The notes below the pieces were generated by a model. That model worked only from the letters and a program-made list of their open reading frames with translations. It did not search any database and was not told the DNA's origin. From contig JAVHPG010000233.1 in the NCBI GenBank assembly GCA_036170455.1, positions 1 to 57,147 of the forward strand: a stretch of DNA of 57,147 bases, given 5' to 3'. Below, piece after piece: positions 8,703-17,182 of this stretch (positions are counted from its first letter, which is position 1; each line of letters begins with the position of its first letter). The position numbers and the translations under genes were made by a program. The DNA is from Elusimicrobiales bacterium. GTDB lineage: Bacteria; Elusimicrobiota; Elusimicrobia; Elusimicrobiales; UBA9959.

Positions 8703-9507
8703 ATTCAGTTTTTTTAAAGCCTGCTCCGGCAGCAGCCTCTTCTTCGCCGTCCGGCGCGAAGCGGTAAGTGTGCTTCTTAAGGACCCTGTCGTGCCAGTAG
8801 CCGTCCTTCTCGTCGTATACCATCCTGCTTTCCCAGATCTCCAGTTCGGACCCGTCGCCGCTGAAAACCTTCGGGACAAGATTGTTTTCCGTCGCCAGCG
8901 CCCTGCTCCAGAGCTCTTTGCCCTCTTTATCGAAAACCACCGCGCGGCGTCGGCCCTCGCCGGCCACAAAAACCGCCAGGAGCCTTTCCCCCGAACCTGA
9001 AAGTTTAAGACCTACAAGCTTCTCTTTGAATTTTTTACGCCAAAGCAGATCGCCGCTTTCCGTGTTCAGCACAAGTATGGACCAGGCTGAACCCTGGTCG
9101 GCGCCGAGCGCGTAGACGGAGAAGTCTTCGGAAAAATCTTCGCCGGCCGGGCCCTGCATCTGGACCTGGTGGCCGGCCAGGAGCTCGCCGGCAGAGCTGT
9201 GGACGTTAAGGGTGTAAATAGTTACGCTCTGCCCCCAGGCGCCGCAAAAAAAGAAAAGCCGCTGCCCGTCCCCGGAAATGGTCACGGTGAAAGGCGCGCG
9301 CTCCGACTCGAAAACGGAAATTTTCTTTCCGGCCGCCCCGCGCAGTTCAAGCCTGGCGCGGCCGCCGCCGCCCTGCGCCGAATAGCCGGCCTTAAGAGTA
9401 TAAATCCCGTTCTTGGAATAGAATTCCCGGGTATCCTTGTTAAAATTCTCCGCGCGCGCGGCCGCCGGGCCGGAAAGAAGCAGAAGCGCGGCCAGTATTT
9501 TTTTCAC
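8701..9507 (-). CDS. secreted hypothetical protein (repetitive beta-rich)
   Basis: A likely GTG start at 9507 gives the signal peptide VKKILAALLLLSGPAAARA and a GTGA overlap with the pyrE stop. The track ORF extends to 9564 inside pyrE. Confidence 0.6.
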   Translation of the reverse strand: MKKILAALLLLSGPAAARAENFNKDTREFYSKNGIYTLKAGYSAQGGGGRARLELRGAAGKKISVFESERAPFTVTISGDGQRLFFFCGAWGQSVTIYTLNVHSSAGELLAGHQVQMQGPAGEDFSEDFSVYALGADQGSAWSILVLNTESGDLLWRKKFKEKLVGLKLSGSGERLLAVFVAGEGRRRAVVFDKEGKELWSRALATENNLVPKVFSGDGSELEIWESRMVYDEKDGYWHDRVLKKHTYRFAPDGEEEAAAGAGFKKTE

Positions 9508-10076
9508 GGGAATTTCCTGGAGCCGGGCTTTACTACCGGCAATCCCGCCCGGCACAGCGGGCAATCAGCCGGCTGACAGGCGGTCAGGTCGAGCTTAAGC
9601 AGGCTTAAAGAAGGAAAAGGAAGGGTCTTTCCTCCCATGCGGTTTATGACCGACATAGCGCCGATGGTCTCCGCGCCGAAAGAAGAAACCACGGCGGCCG
9701 TTTCCAGGGTGGACTTCCCGGTCGTAAAAACATCCTCGACTATTATCAGGCGCGTGCCCTTCGGCAGGGAAAAACCGCGGCGCAGCGTCATGATATTGTT
9801 CTCTCTTTCGGTAAAGATGAACTCCAGCCCGAAAGCGCGGGCCACCTCGTGGCCGATGAAGAGCCCGCCCATAGCCGGGGAGAGCACCAGGTCGGGCTTG
9901 GGCCCCTTCCAGCCGGCGGCGAGCGCCGCGCCCATTTTTTCCGCCCAGACGGGATTCTTAAGGGCTTGGGCGCACTGAACATAATTCGGGCTGTGCAGGC
10001 CGGAGGAAAGGAGGAAATGGCCTTCGAGGAAAGCGCCGGAGGAAGAGAGATAGGACTTCAGTTCAGCGTCTTGCAT
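9504..10076 (-). CDS. pyrE: orotate phosphoribosyltransferase
   Basis: PRPP-binding loop LIIVEDVFTTGKS. Located in the pyr cluster. Confidence 0.9.
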   Translation of the reverse strand: MQDAELKSYLSSSGAFLEGHFLLSSGLHSPNYVQCAQALKNPVWAEKMGAALAAGWKGPKPDLVLSPAMGGLFIGHEVARAFGLEFIFTERENNIMTLRRGFSLPKGTRLIIVEDVFTTGKSTLETAAVVSSFGAETIGAMSVINRMGGKTLPFPSLSLLKLDLTACQPADCPLCRAGLPVVKPGSRKFP

Positions 10077-10753
10077 TATTTCAGGTCCTTCAATATATCG
10101 GCGGCGGCTGCGGCCGGATCCTTGGCGGCGATTATAGGCCGGCCTACTACGATGAAATCCGAGCCGGCGGCGCGGGCCGCGGCCGGGGTGACGGCGCGCT
10201 TCTGGTCGTCGCCGAGCGAAGCGGGTCTGATGCCCGGGGTGATGAATTTGAGCTTGCCTTCGAACAGGCTCCTGAACCGGGCGGCTTCGAGCGGCGAGCA
10301 GACTACGCCGTCGGCTCCGTTCGCCAGGCCCAGATTCGCGAGCAGCTTTACCGTTTTGTCTATGCCGCCGCGGAAACCGGAGCGGAAAAGATTATATTCG
10401 TCGAAGCTGGTAAGCACGCTTATGCCCCACAGCTTCGGGCGCTTTTCAAGCTCGACGCAGGCCTTAAGCATTTCGGCGCCGCCGGAGAGGTGCAGGGAGA
10501 CCGAGTAAACGCCCATGGCCGCCGCGTTCTTGACGGCGTGCTTCACGGTGTTCGGGATATCGTGGAACTTCAGGTCCAGGAACACCTTGCCGCCGTGCTT
10601 ATGCACCAGGTCGACGGCGGCGGGCCCGGCTGCCGTAAAAAGCACGGAGCCGATCTTGAAATATTTTACCTGGCCCTCGAGCTTTTCTATAAGGTGCCCG
10701 GCGGACTTGAGAGAATCGGTATCGAGGGCGACAATAAGTTCGGTTTTATGCAT
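10076..10753 (-). CDS. pyrF: orotidine 5'-phosphate decarboxylase
   Basis: LIVALD, FLDLKFHDIPNTV and IVVGRPI motifs. Confidence 0.9.
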   Translation of the reverse strand: MHKTELIVALDTDSLKSAGHLIEKLEGQVKYFKIGSVLFTAAGPAAVDLVHKHGGKVFLDLKFHDIPNTVKHAVKNAAAMGVYSVSLHLSGGAEMLKACVELEKRPKLWGISVLTSFDEYNLFRSGFRGGIDKTVKLLANLGLANGADGVVCSPLEAARFRSLFEGKLKFITPGIRPASLGDDQKRAVTPAAARAAGSDFIVVGRPIIAAKDPAAAAADILKDLK

Positions 10754-10791
10754 AGTCGGCGCGGGAAGCGCCGGCTAAATTATATATAAAA

Positions 10792-11712
10792 TCCGGGTTT
10801 CCGCGGAGCTAACCGGGGATCTCTACCAAAGGGAGGCTGCGGATCTCCGAGAACTGGTTTTCCCAGGTTCCGCGGAATTTCTGGAGCTGGGAGATATTCT
10901 GCGCGTAGGCTTTCCCTTTTATTTTTATGAGGAAGTCCTTGTGGAAATCTTTTGGGTTTACAAAGAAGGCATTTACGCCGTTGCTGTCCACTGTCAGGAA
11001 CTGGTAACCATATTTTCCGAGCGCTTTCCTCCAGCCTTCCACGGAAACGCCGAAATAAAGTTCGGAAGAATGCGCCTTTGCGTGGCTGAAATCTTTGCGG
11101 TAGGGAACGGTTACCGCCCGGTCCGGGCCGAAAACGGAGTTATACTCTACTACTAATATTTTAGGTTTAAAACCCTGGGACAGCACGGCTTCCGCCACAT
11201 AATAGTCCATGCCGTCTATATCCAGGGAAAAAACGTCGGGATCTTTATAGAAAGCCTTCACGGCCAGGGCCGAGATATTCTCGCTGTCCACGAAAAGGCT
11301 CAGGCACTCAACTCCAAGGGAGTACTTCTTTATGACCTTTTTCGCCTGCGCGCTGACGGAAGGGTTACCTTCTATCATCAGGCCATTGTATTTGCGCGCT
11401 ATAGCGAGCCAGGCTGTGTTGTTTTCTATGCCGTCACAGGCCCCTATCTCTATGAAGTAGCGGTTGGGGGAGAGAAGCTTCCGGGTAAGAAAATCAAGGA
11501 TCCCGTCTTCGCCGTTCTGGCTGAAAGCTGAAAATTCCCAGCTCAGCGGATCCGTCTCTTCTATGCGGCGGAGGGGCGCTGCCGCCGCGGCTTTCGCAAG
11601 GGCGACCGCTATCCGCTGGTTGTCGTAAATACGTCGGAATAATTTTGGAAATTTAAGTATCGTCATTCCTGCCCCCTGACCAAAAAAATACTTTAGATGC
11701 GGGAAACCCGGA
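10792..11712. repeat. 11-bp perfect inverted repeat TCCGGGTTTCC (10792-10802) / GGAAACCCGGA (11702-11712) flanking the methyltransferase gene
   Basis: Read directly from the sequence. The arms sit in the two short intergenic gaps. Confidence 0.6.
10809..11666 (-). CDS. putative FkbM-like SAM-dependent methyltransferase (low-GC insert)
   Basis: SQNGEDGIL...YFIEIGACDGIENNT motif. I prefer the ATG at 11666, which has GGGGGCAGGA upstream. The track ORF extends to 11720. G+C is visibly lower than in the neighbours. Confidence 0.6.
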   Translation of the reverse strand: MTILKFPKLFRRIYDNQRIAVALAKAAAAAPLRRIEETDPLSWEFSAFSQNGEDGILDFLTRKLLSPNRYFIEIGACDGIENNTAWLAIARKYNGLMIEGNPSVSAQAKKVIKKYSLGVECLSLFVDSENISALAVKAFYKDPDVFSLDIDGMDYYVAEAVLSQGFKPKILVVEYNSVFGPDRAVTVPYRKDFSHAKAHSSELYFGVSVEGWRKALGKYGYQFLTVDSNGVNAFFVNPKDFHKDFLIKIKGKAYAQNISQLQKFRGTWENQFSEIRSLPLVEIPG

Positions 11713-11726
11713 AACCGCACCCGGTC

Positions 11727-12767
11727 CTACCTGCGCGGCTGCCAGCGGCTTTTTTCCAGGTACTCAAGGATCTCTTTTACAAGGAAAGGCCCTTCATAAA
11801 CAAGGCCTGAATAAATCTGCACAAGATCCGCTCCTAAATTCAGTTTTTCCAGGGCCGTCGCTCCGTCGAAGATCCCGCCGGAACCGATAAGAGGAACTTT
11901 TCCTTTTACCAGCGCCGCCGTTTTAGAGAGCATAGCATTGGATAAAGCGCGAAGAGGCTTCCCGCTCAAGCCTCCCTCGTAAGACTGCCAGTAAGCCGGG
12001 ACCGAGGAGCGGTTCACCGTAGTATTGGTGGCGATCAGGCCGAAATTTTTCTCCAGTGCCAGGGCGGCGGCGGACTCCAGGTCGCTGTCTTCCAGGTCAG
12101 GCGCTATCTTCACGAAGAAAGGTTTTACTTTTTTCTGCCCGGAAGCGAAATCGAGCATAGGCTCTACCAGGCGTTTAAGTTTATCCGCTCCGTGCAGGGA
12201 GCGGAGCTGGAGCGTGTTAGGCGAGCTTATATTCACCGCGAAATAATCCCCGTAGTCGTACATTATCTTAAGGGTCTCCAGATAGTTCTTCGGGGCTTCC
12301 TCTATGGAGCAGTCGGCGTTCTTTCCCACGCTTATCCCTACCGGCACCGGCAGCGGGAGCAGGCGCTCGAGCGAGCGGGCGGCGTCGAAAGCGCCGGCAT
12401 TATTAAAACCCATGCGGTTGATAATAGCGTGATCGTCGCGCAGGCGGAACAGGCGCGGCTTTGGATTTCCCGGCTGCGGCCGGAGGGTTACCGTGCCCAA
12501 TTCAAGAAACCCGAAGCCCAGCCCGGCCAGGAAGCGCGCGGCCTCGCAGTTCTTATCAAAACCTGCGGCCAGCCCTACCGGGTTATGGAATTTAAGCCCT
12601 GCTACGGTTAGCGGGAAATCTTTCGCTTTTGTTAGCATCTTTACCATGGAATTAATGAATTCCACGCGCTGCGCCGCGCGGGCGGTCTTTATTACCGCGT
12701 CATGCACAGCTTCAGGATTGAGGTTGAAGAGGAGTTGGCGGACGAATTTCCTGTATAAGAAGCCCAT
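11727..12767 (-). CDS. pyrD: dihydroorotate dehydrogenase (quinone type, class 2)
   Basis: NPVGLAAGFDKN, NRMGFNN, NISSPNT and GGI motifs. An N-terminal extension typical of class 2. Confidence 0.9.
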   Translation of the reverse strand: MGFLYRKFVRQLLFNLNPEAVHDAVIKTARAAQRVEFINSMVKMLTKAKDFPLTVAGLKFHNPVGLAAGFDKNCEAARFLAGLGFGFLELGTVTLRPQPGNPKPRLFRLRDDHAIINRMGFNNAGAFDAARSLERLLPLPVPVGISVGKNADCSIEEAPKNYLETLKIMYDYGDYFAVNISSPNTLQLRSLHGADKLKRLVEPMLDFASGQKKVKPFFVKIAPDLEDSDLESAAALALEKNFGLIATNTTVNRSSVPAYWQSYEGGLSGKPLRALSNAMLSKTAALVKGKVPLIGSGGIFDGATALEKLNLGADLVQIYSGLVYEGPFLVKEILEYLEKSRWQPRR

Positions 12768-13092
12768 AGTTGTGTAATTATTTTAGCAATAATGCGCACC
12801 AGAAAAAGCGTCTCTTCCTTCTTTTGTTCAGGCGGGCCTGCTTATCTTTCTTTTATTAAAAGGAAAAGGCACCCTCTTCTTAAAAGTTTCTCTTCCCGGT
12901 TTCCAGAGTAGTGTTTAATTTCATAATCATAGTCATCTATAAGAGGGGCTGTTAACAATGTCAATCGTGCGGAAATCATAAGAAGAAGTTATCAACATCA
13001 TATCCGAATCCACTGACAGTACTGACAAAAACCCGCAGTGCTGACAGACTCTATAATGTTATCAACAAAACGGAATATAATAAAAACTTCTA

Positions 13093-13122
13093 ATTAAAAA
13101 GCGGAGAAGAGTCTCTCTCCGT
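13093..13122 (-). terminator. candidate intrinsic terminator after pyrC
   Basis: Minus strand reads CGGAGAG-loop-UUCUCCG (7 bp including one G-U) followed by CTTTTTAATT, about 28 nt after the pyrC stop. Confidence 0.5.
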
Positions 13123-13149
13123 AGTAGAATTAATTATAAAGCAATCTAG

Positions 13150-14433
13150 CTAAAAGACGGGGCAGGCAGAACGAAAAATAATTTCCCCGGAAACAATAGT
13201 CGCCGCTGGCCAGCCGCGTAAAGATCGCCCCTTGAAAGGGGAATTAGCGGATTTAGAGAAAAATGCTTCCGGGACCCGCTTAAGGAGCCGCGGGTTTAGC
13301 AGGGCGAGGTCAGCGTCGAAGCCGGGGGCCAGGCGCCCTTTTTTATTAAGGCCGAGAAGTCCAGCCGGGTTATGGCAGAGAAGCTGCGCCAGGCTTTTTT
13401 TATCAATTATATTTTTTAGGACCAGCTCCGTCACGCAGAGCGGGGCAAGCGTCTCAAGGCCGATAATGCCGAAAGGAGAGCCTTTGAAACCGTTGGCTTT
13501 GAGCCTGGCCTCATGAGGGGCGTGGTCGGTAGCGATAATGTCAATCGTCCCATCCGCCACGGCGGCGAGCACCGCGCGGCGATCCGCCGGGGAACGCAGC
13601 GGGGGCTTCATTTTATAATCAGCGTCGTCTTTTTTTATATCCGCGTCTGAAAGCGTGAAATAATGGGGGCAGGTTTCACCGGTAACGGGCCAGCCCATTT
13701 TTTTCGCCGCGCGCAGGGCGGCGACGGAAGAAGCCAGGCTCAGATGCTGCAGATGTATGGGCCCGGCGGAGGAGGCGGCAAGAATATCCGCCAGCACGGC
13801 CAGGAGTTCCGCTTCCGGCGGGATGCCGGGCAGATTAAGCCTGCGTGCCGCGGGGCCGGCGTTAATAACGCCGCCGCCGGTCCGTAAAAAATCCTCAGGG
13901 TGGTCCATCAGCGGCAGGCGCAGCGCGGCGGCTTTTTTCATGAGCGCGGTTAGAAGGCCGCGGGGCAGGCAGGAGCCGTCGTCGGTAAAAGCGGCCGCGC
14001 CGGCTTTTTTAAGAGCGGAAAGATCAGAGGCTGTTTTCCCGGCCCGGCCCGCGGTGGCGGCGGCGGAAAAATAAAAATTGACCGGCAATCCCGCCGCGCG
14101 GCGGCGGTATTTCTTCACCAGCGCGGGGGTGGCCATAGCCGGCAAAGTGTTAGGCATGAGGAGGGCGGAGGTTACTCCCCCGGCCGCGGCGGAGAGCGCC
14201 GCGCTTTCAAGGGTTTCAGCCGCCTCCGCTCCCGGCTCCCGGGCGTGCACATGGACATCCACAAAACCCGGGAAGATCCATAAGCCGGCGGCGTCCAGGA
14301 CTTCGCAGGAGGGAGGGGGCTTGATCGCCCGGGCAATGCGGCTGATGCGGCCGCCCGCTATAAGAATATCGGCGGAAGCCTCTCCCGAGACCGGGTCAAT
14401 TACCAGGCCGTTTTTTATCAGCAATTTTTTCAT
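13150..14433 (-). CDS. pyrC: dihydroorotase
   Basis: Amidohydrolase motifs FVDVHVHAREPG and DIIATDHAPH. Located in the pyr cluster. Confidence 0.85.
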   Translation of the reverse strand: MKKLLIKNGLVIDPVSGEASADILIAGGRISRIARAIKPPPSCEVLDAAGLWIFPGFVDVHVHAREPGAEAAETLESAALSAAAGGVTSALLMPNTLPAMATPALVKKYRRRAAGLPVNFYFSAAATAGRAGKTASDLSALKKAGAAAFTDDGSCLPRGLLTALMKKAAALRLPLMDHPEDFLRTGGGVINAGPAARRLNLPGIPPEAELLAVLADILAASSAGPIHLQHLSLASSVAALRAAKKMGWPVTGETCPHYFTLSDADIKKDDADYKMKPPLRSPADRRAVLAAVADGTIDIIATDHAPHEARLKANGFKGSPFGIIGLETLAPLCVTELVLKNIIDKKSLAQLLCHNPAGLLGLNKKGRLAPGFDADLALLNPRLLKRVPEAFFSKSANSPFKGRSLRGWPAATIVSGEIIFRSACPVF

Positions 14434-15076
14434 TTTTAAGTGCGGCCGGGGCAGGAACGACCGGGGCGCTTTCCAAAGTTACCAGGTGGGGCGCGAAAGC
14501 TTCGGAAGCCTCCCGGTAAGTGACAAGCTGGAGGCCCGCCATCAGCAGCAGCACCGCCCAGGCCAGGTGCAGGGCGCGGCGGCCCAGGAAAACGTCGGCC
14601 GTCTTGACGGCCACGGCCAGGAGCAGGGTCAAACCGATGGCCGAATGCCAGACCAGCGTCTGGCGCCAGGCTTCCTCGTTAACGCGCCAGGCCATCGCGA
14701 AGTAAAGAGTTCCCGTCAGGGCCAGCAAAAATAAAAAAACCGCGCGCCAGGCGCCGCGCCCGAAAGATTCGTACATGAACCGGCTGAGGCCGGCCGCGCA
14801 GAAGAGACAGGCGAAAGCTATGAAGAGGTGAAAACCGCGGCGCGTCTGCAGGGCCACGGACAATTGTTCCAGGCTCCAGCCGCCGGGAAGCGCAAGCACG
14901 GCGACCAGCATGGCTGCGCCGAAGGCCGCGAGGGCAAGAGAAGCCGCCTGCGCGAGCGCTTTCCCTTTATTATCCAGGGAATAGGCTTCGGCCGCGCCGA
15001 GGGTCAGCAGGGCGCCGCCCTGCAGCCAATGGATGATATTCGACGCTTTTGTGAAATCACCGTAATCTATGGTCAC
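14396..15076 (-). CDS. integral membrane protein, unknown function
   Basis: 226 aa with about 6 TM helices. 4-nt overlap with the upstream ORF and 38-nt overlap with the pyrC start. Confidence 0.55.
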   Translation of the reverse strand: MTIDYGDFTKASNIIHWLQGGALLTLGAAEAYSLDNKGKALAQAASLALAAFGAAMLVAVLALPGGWSLEQLSVALQTRRGFHLFIAFACLFCAAGLSRFMYESFGRGAWRAVFLFLLALTGTLYFAMAWRVNEEAWRQTLVWHSAIGLTLLLAVAVKTADVFLGRRALHLAWAVLLLMAGLQLVTYREASEAFAPHLVTLESAPVVPAPAALKNEKIADKKRPGN

Positions 15077-15426
15077 TTGCTTTTCCTTTTCTTCTTACCT
15101 TCGCGGAGATAAAAATAAAGACCAGCAAACCCGGCGATCACGAGGAGAAGCCAGGCGGGGCTGGAAAGCCGGCCGCCGGGCTCTACAGGAATTCCGGCCG
15201 GAACCGGGGCGATGGCGGCGGAGGAAGCGGCGACTGCGGTGGAGGAGACCTTTTTGGCGGCGGCCTCGATATGGGGAGGCGTGCTTTCCCGGAGGGAGGC
15301 GGCGACGAAGGGGGATATTTTTTTATTTCCGGCGGCGCAGGCGTCCTGGGTTTTTGAGCAGTCGGTTTCGCCGAAAGCGGGCGGGCAGGCCAGCAGCAGG
15401 GCGAGGATGATAAATTTTCTTTTCAT
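15073..15426 (-). CDS. small exported protein with C-terminal TM anchor and basic tail
   Basis: Signal peptide MKRKFIILALLLACPPAFG. C-terminal WLLLVIAGFAGLYFYL followed by REGKKKRKSK. Confidence 0.5.
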   Translation of the reverse strand: MKRKFIILALLLACPPAFGETDCSKTQDACAAGNKKISPFVAASLRESTPPHIEAAAKKVSSTAVAASSAAIAPVPAGIPVEPGGRLSSPAWLLLVIAGFAGLYFYLREGKKKRKSK

Positions 15427-15977
15427 GGTTTATTGTAGGAACAGAACTCCTCTGTTTTCTTTCTCGGCCTCGGGGCGGGCGCTTCGTCAGGGTAGCCGAC
15501 CGACAGCAGGACCTCTATCTTCTTTCCCGCGCCCAGCCCGAGGGCTTTGGCGGCCGCTTTGGCGCTGAACCAGCCGAGCCAGCAGGTCCCGAGGCCCTGC
15601 TCCGCCGCGGCGAGGACGAAATGTTCGGCGGCGATGCCGATATCCATAAGGCGGAAATTGGTGTCCTGCACCTGGTTCCCGAGCCAGGCGCTTACTTTTC
15701 CCTTGCCGGAAACCACGGCCACGATGGCGGGCGCGGCGGAGGCGAACCTGCAGGCGGCGTAGACCCCGCTGAAGGCCGCGGCGCAGAACTTCTCCTTCAG
15801 GGCCGGCTCTTCGATGACCACGAATTTATAAGGCTGGGCATTGCAGGCGGAGGGCGCGAGCCGCGCGGCCTCTAGGCAGAGGTCCAGCTTAGCCCTCTCC
15901 ACGGGCGCGCTCTTATATTTGCGGATGCTGCGGCGCTCAGCGGCCAGCTTTAGAAAGCGGGATTCATACATAGACAT
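15423..15977 (-). CDS. nitroreductase family protein
   Basis: RRSIRKYKSAPV...APSACNAQPYKFVVI motif. Confidence 0.85.
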   Translation of the reverse strand: MSMYESRFLKLAAERRSIRKYKSAPVERAKLDLCLEAARLAPSACNAQPYKFVVIEEPALKEKFCAAAFSGVYAACRFASAAPAIVAVVSGKGKVSAWLGNQVQDTNFRLMDIGIAAEHFVLAAAEQGLGTCWLGWFSAKAAAKALGLGAGKKIEVLLSVGYPDEAPAPRPRKKTEEFCSYNKP

Positions 15978-15994
15978 ATTTTATAATATAAGTA

Positions 15995-16029
15995 AGAATC
16001 GAAAATCGAGAATCAAGAATCGAGAATCC
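15995..16029. repeat. five tandem heptamers AGAATCG AAAATCG AGAATCA AGAATCG AGAATCC
   Basis: Direct reading. Lies in the divergent intergenic region between the nitroreductase (-) and PAS (+) genes. Confidence 0.8.
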
Positions 16030-16054
16030 TGAGATAGGGGAACGGATCATAACT

Positions 16055-16396
16055 ATGGAAAACTGGAAAGACGGGGTCGACTTCGCTATCACGGTCTGCG
16101 ACGCGGAAGGAATAATTACCGAGATGAACGCCAAAGCCGCGGCCACCTTCGCCAAGTACGGCGGGGCCGGCCTGGTGGGGAAGAGCCTGCTGGACTGCCA
16201 TTCCGGAAGGTCCGGGGCTATGATAAAAAAGATGCTGGCCGGGAATACCAGCAATACCTATACGATAGAAAAGAACGGCGTCAAAAAAATGATCCACCAG
16301 ACGCCCTGGCTGAAAGACGGGAAACCGGCCGGCCTGGTCGAGATCTCGCTCGAGATCCCCGCCGTCATGCCGCACCACGTTAGGAAACCGCAGTAG
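16055..16396 (+). CDS. stand-alone PAS domain protein
   Basis: 113 aa. FAITVCDAEGIITEMN...GKSLLDCH pattern typical of a PAS fold. Confidence 0.7.
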   Translation: MENWKDGVDFAITVCDAEGIITEMNAKAAATFAKYGGAGLVGKSLLDCHSGRSGAMIKKMLAGNTSNTYTIEKNGVKKMIHQTPWLKDGKPAGLVEISLEIPAVMPHHVRKPQ

Positions 16397-16397
16397 G

Positions 16398-17156
16398 CTA
16401 TTTTGCCGGGGCCGGGGCTTCGGTATAGGCGTCCCGGAGATGCAGCGGCTTCTCCGCGCGCGACCGCATTTTAATATTGATCATCTCCACCATTACCGAG
16501 AAGGCCATGGCGAAGTAGGTATAGCCCTTCGGGATATGCTGGCCGAGGCCGTCCGCCACCAGGTTGACGCCGATCAGGATCAGGAAGCTCAGGGCCAGCA
16601 TCTTGATGGTCGGGTGGCGCTCCACGAACTCGCCGATGGCGCGCGACCACCACATCATGAACAGCACGGCGATCACCACCGCCGCGATCATCACGCCCAC
16701 CTGCTGCGCCATCCCGACGGCCGTTATCACGGAATCGAGCGAAAAAATAATATCCAGGAACATGATCTGGATTATCACGCCCGGGAAAGTGGCCGCGGCT
16801 TTCGCCGAACTGTGCCCTTCCGTCCCCTCGAGTTTTTCGTGGATCTCGTAGGTGCTCTTGGCGATAAGGAACAGCCCGCCGACCAGCAAAATGAGGTCCC
16901 GGCCGCTCACCGCGTGTTCGAAAGCGGTAAAAAGCGCGGTGGTAAGCCGCATGATCCAGGTAAGGGACAGGAGCAGGGCGATGCGCGTCAGCATCGCGAG
17001 CGCCAGGCCCAGGCGCCGCGCTTTATCGCGCTGCGACTCCGGCAGTTTTCCGGCCAGGATAGCAATAAAGATGATATTGTCCACGCCGAGGACGACTTCG
17101 AGCACGGTCAGGGTCAACAGCGCTATCCAAACCTGGGGGTCTATCAGCCATTGCAT
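16398..17156 (-). CDS. TerC family membrane protein
   Basis: LEVVLGVDNIIFIAIL and FSLDSVITAVG motifs. Confidence 0.9.
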   Translation of the reverse strand: MQWLIDPQVWIALLTLTVLEVVLGVDNIIFIAILAGKLPESQRDKARRLGLALAMLTRIALLLSLTWIMRLTTALFTAFEHAVSGRDLILLVGGLFLIAKSTYEIHEKLEGTEGHSSAKAAATFPGVIIQIMFLDIIFSLDSVITAVGMAQQVGVMIAAVVIAVLFMMWWSRAIGEFVERHPTIKMLALSFLILIGVNLVADGLGQHIPKGYTYFAMAFSVMVEMINIKMRSRAEKPLHLRDAYTEAPAPAK

Positions 17157-17182
17157 GCGGTTTTCTCCTGGGCCGTATTATT

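Noticed and set aside
12901-12910. UCCAGAG-like word reminiscent of a PyrR binding loop in the pyr spacer
   Set aside because: It lies on the plus strand, whereas pyrC and pyrD are transcribed on the minus strand. The rest of the PyrR anti-antiterminator consensus is also absent.
15995-16029. Possibility that the heptamer arrays (here and at 24595-24699) are a CRISPR array
   Set aside because: The units are 7 bp and directly abutted with no spacers. There are no cas genes. This is not CRISPR architecture.
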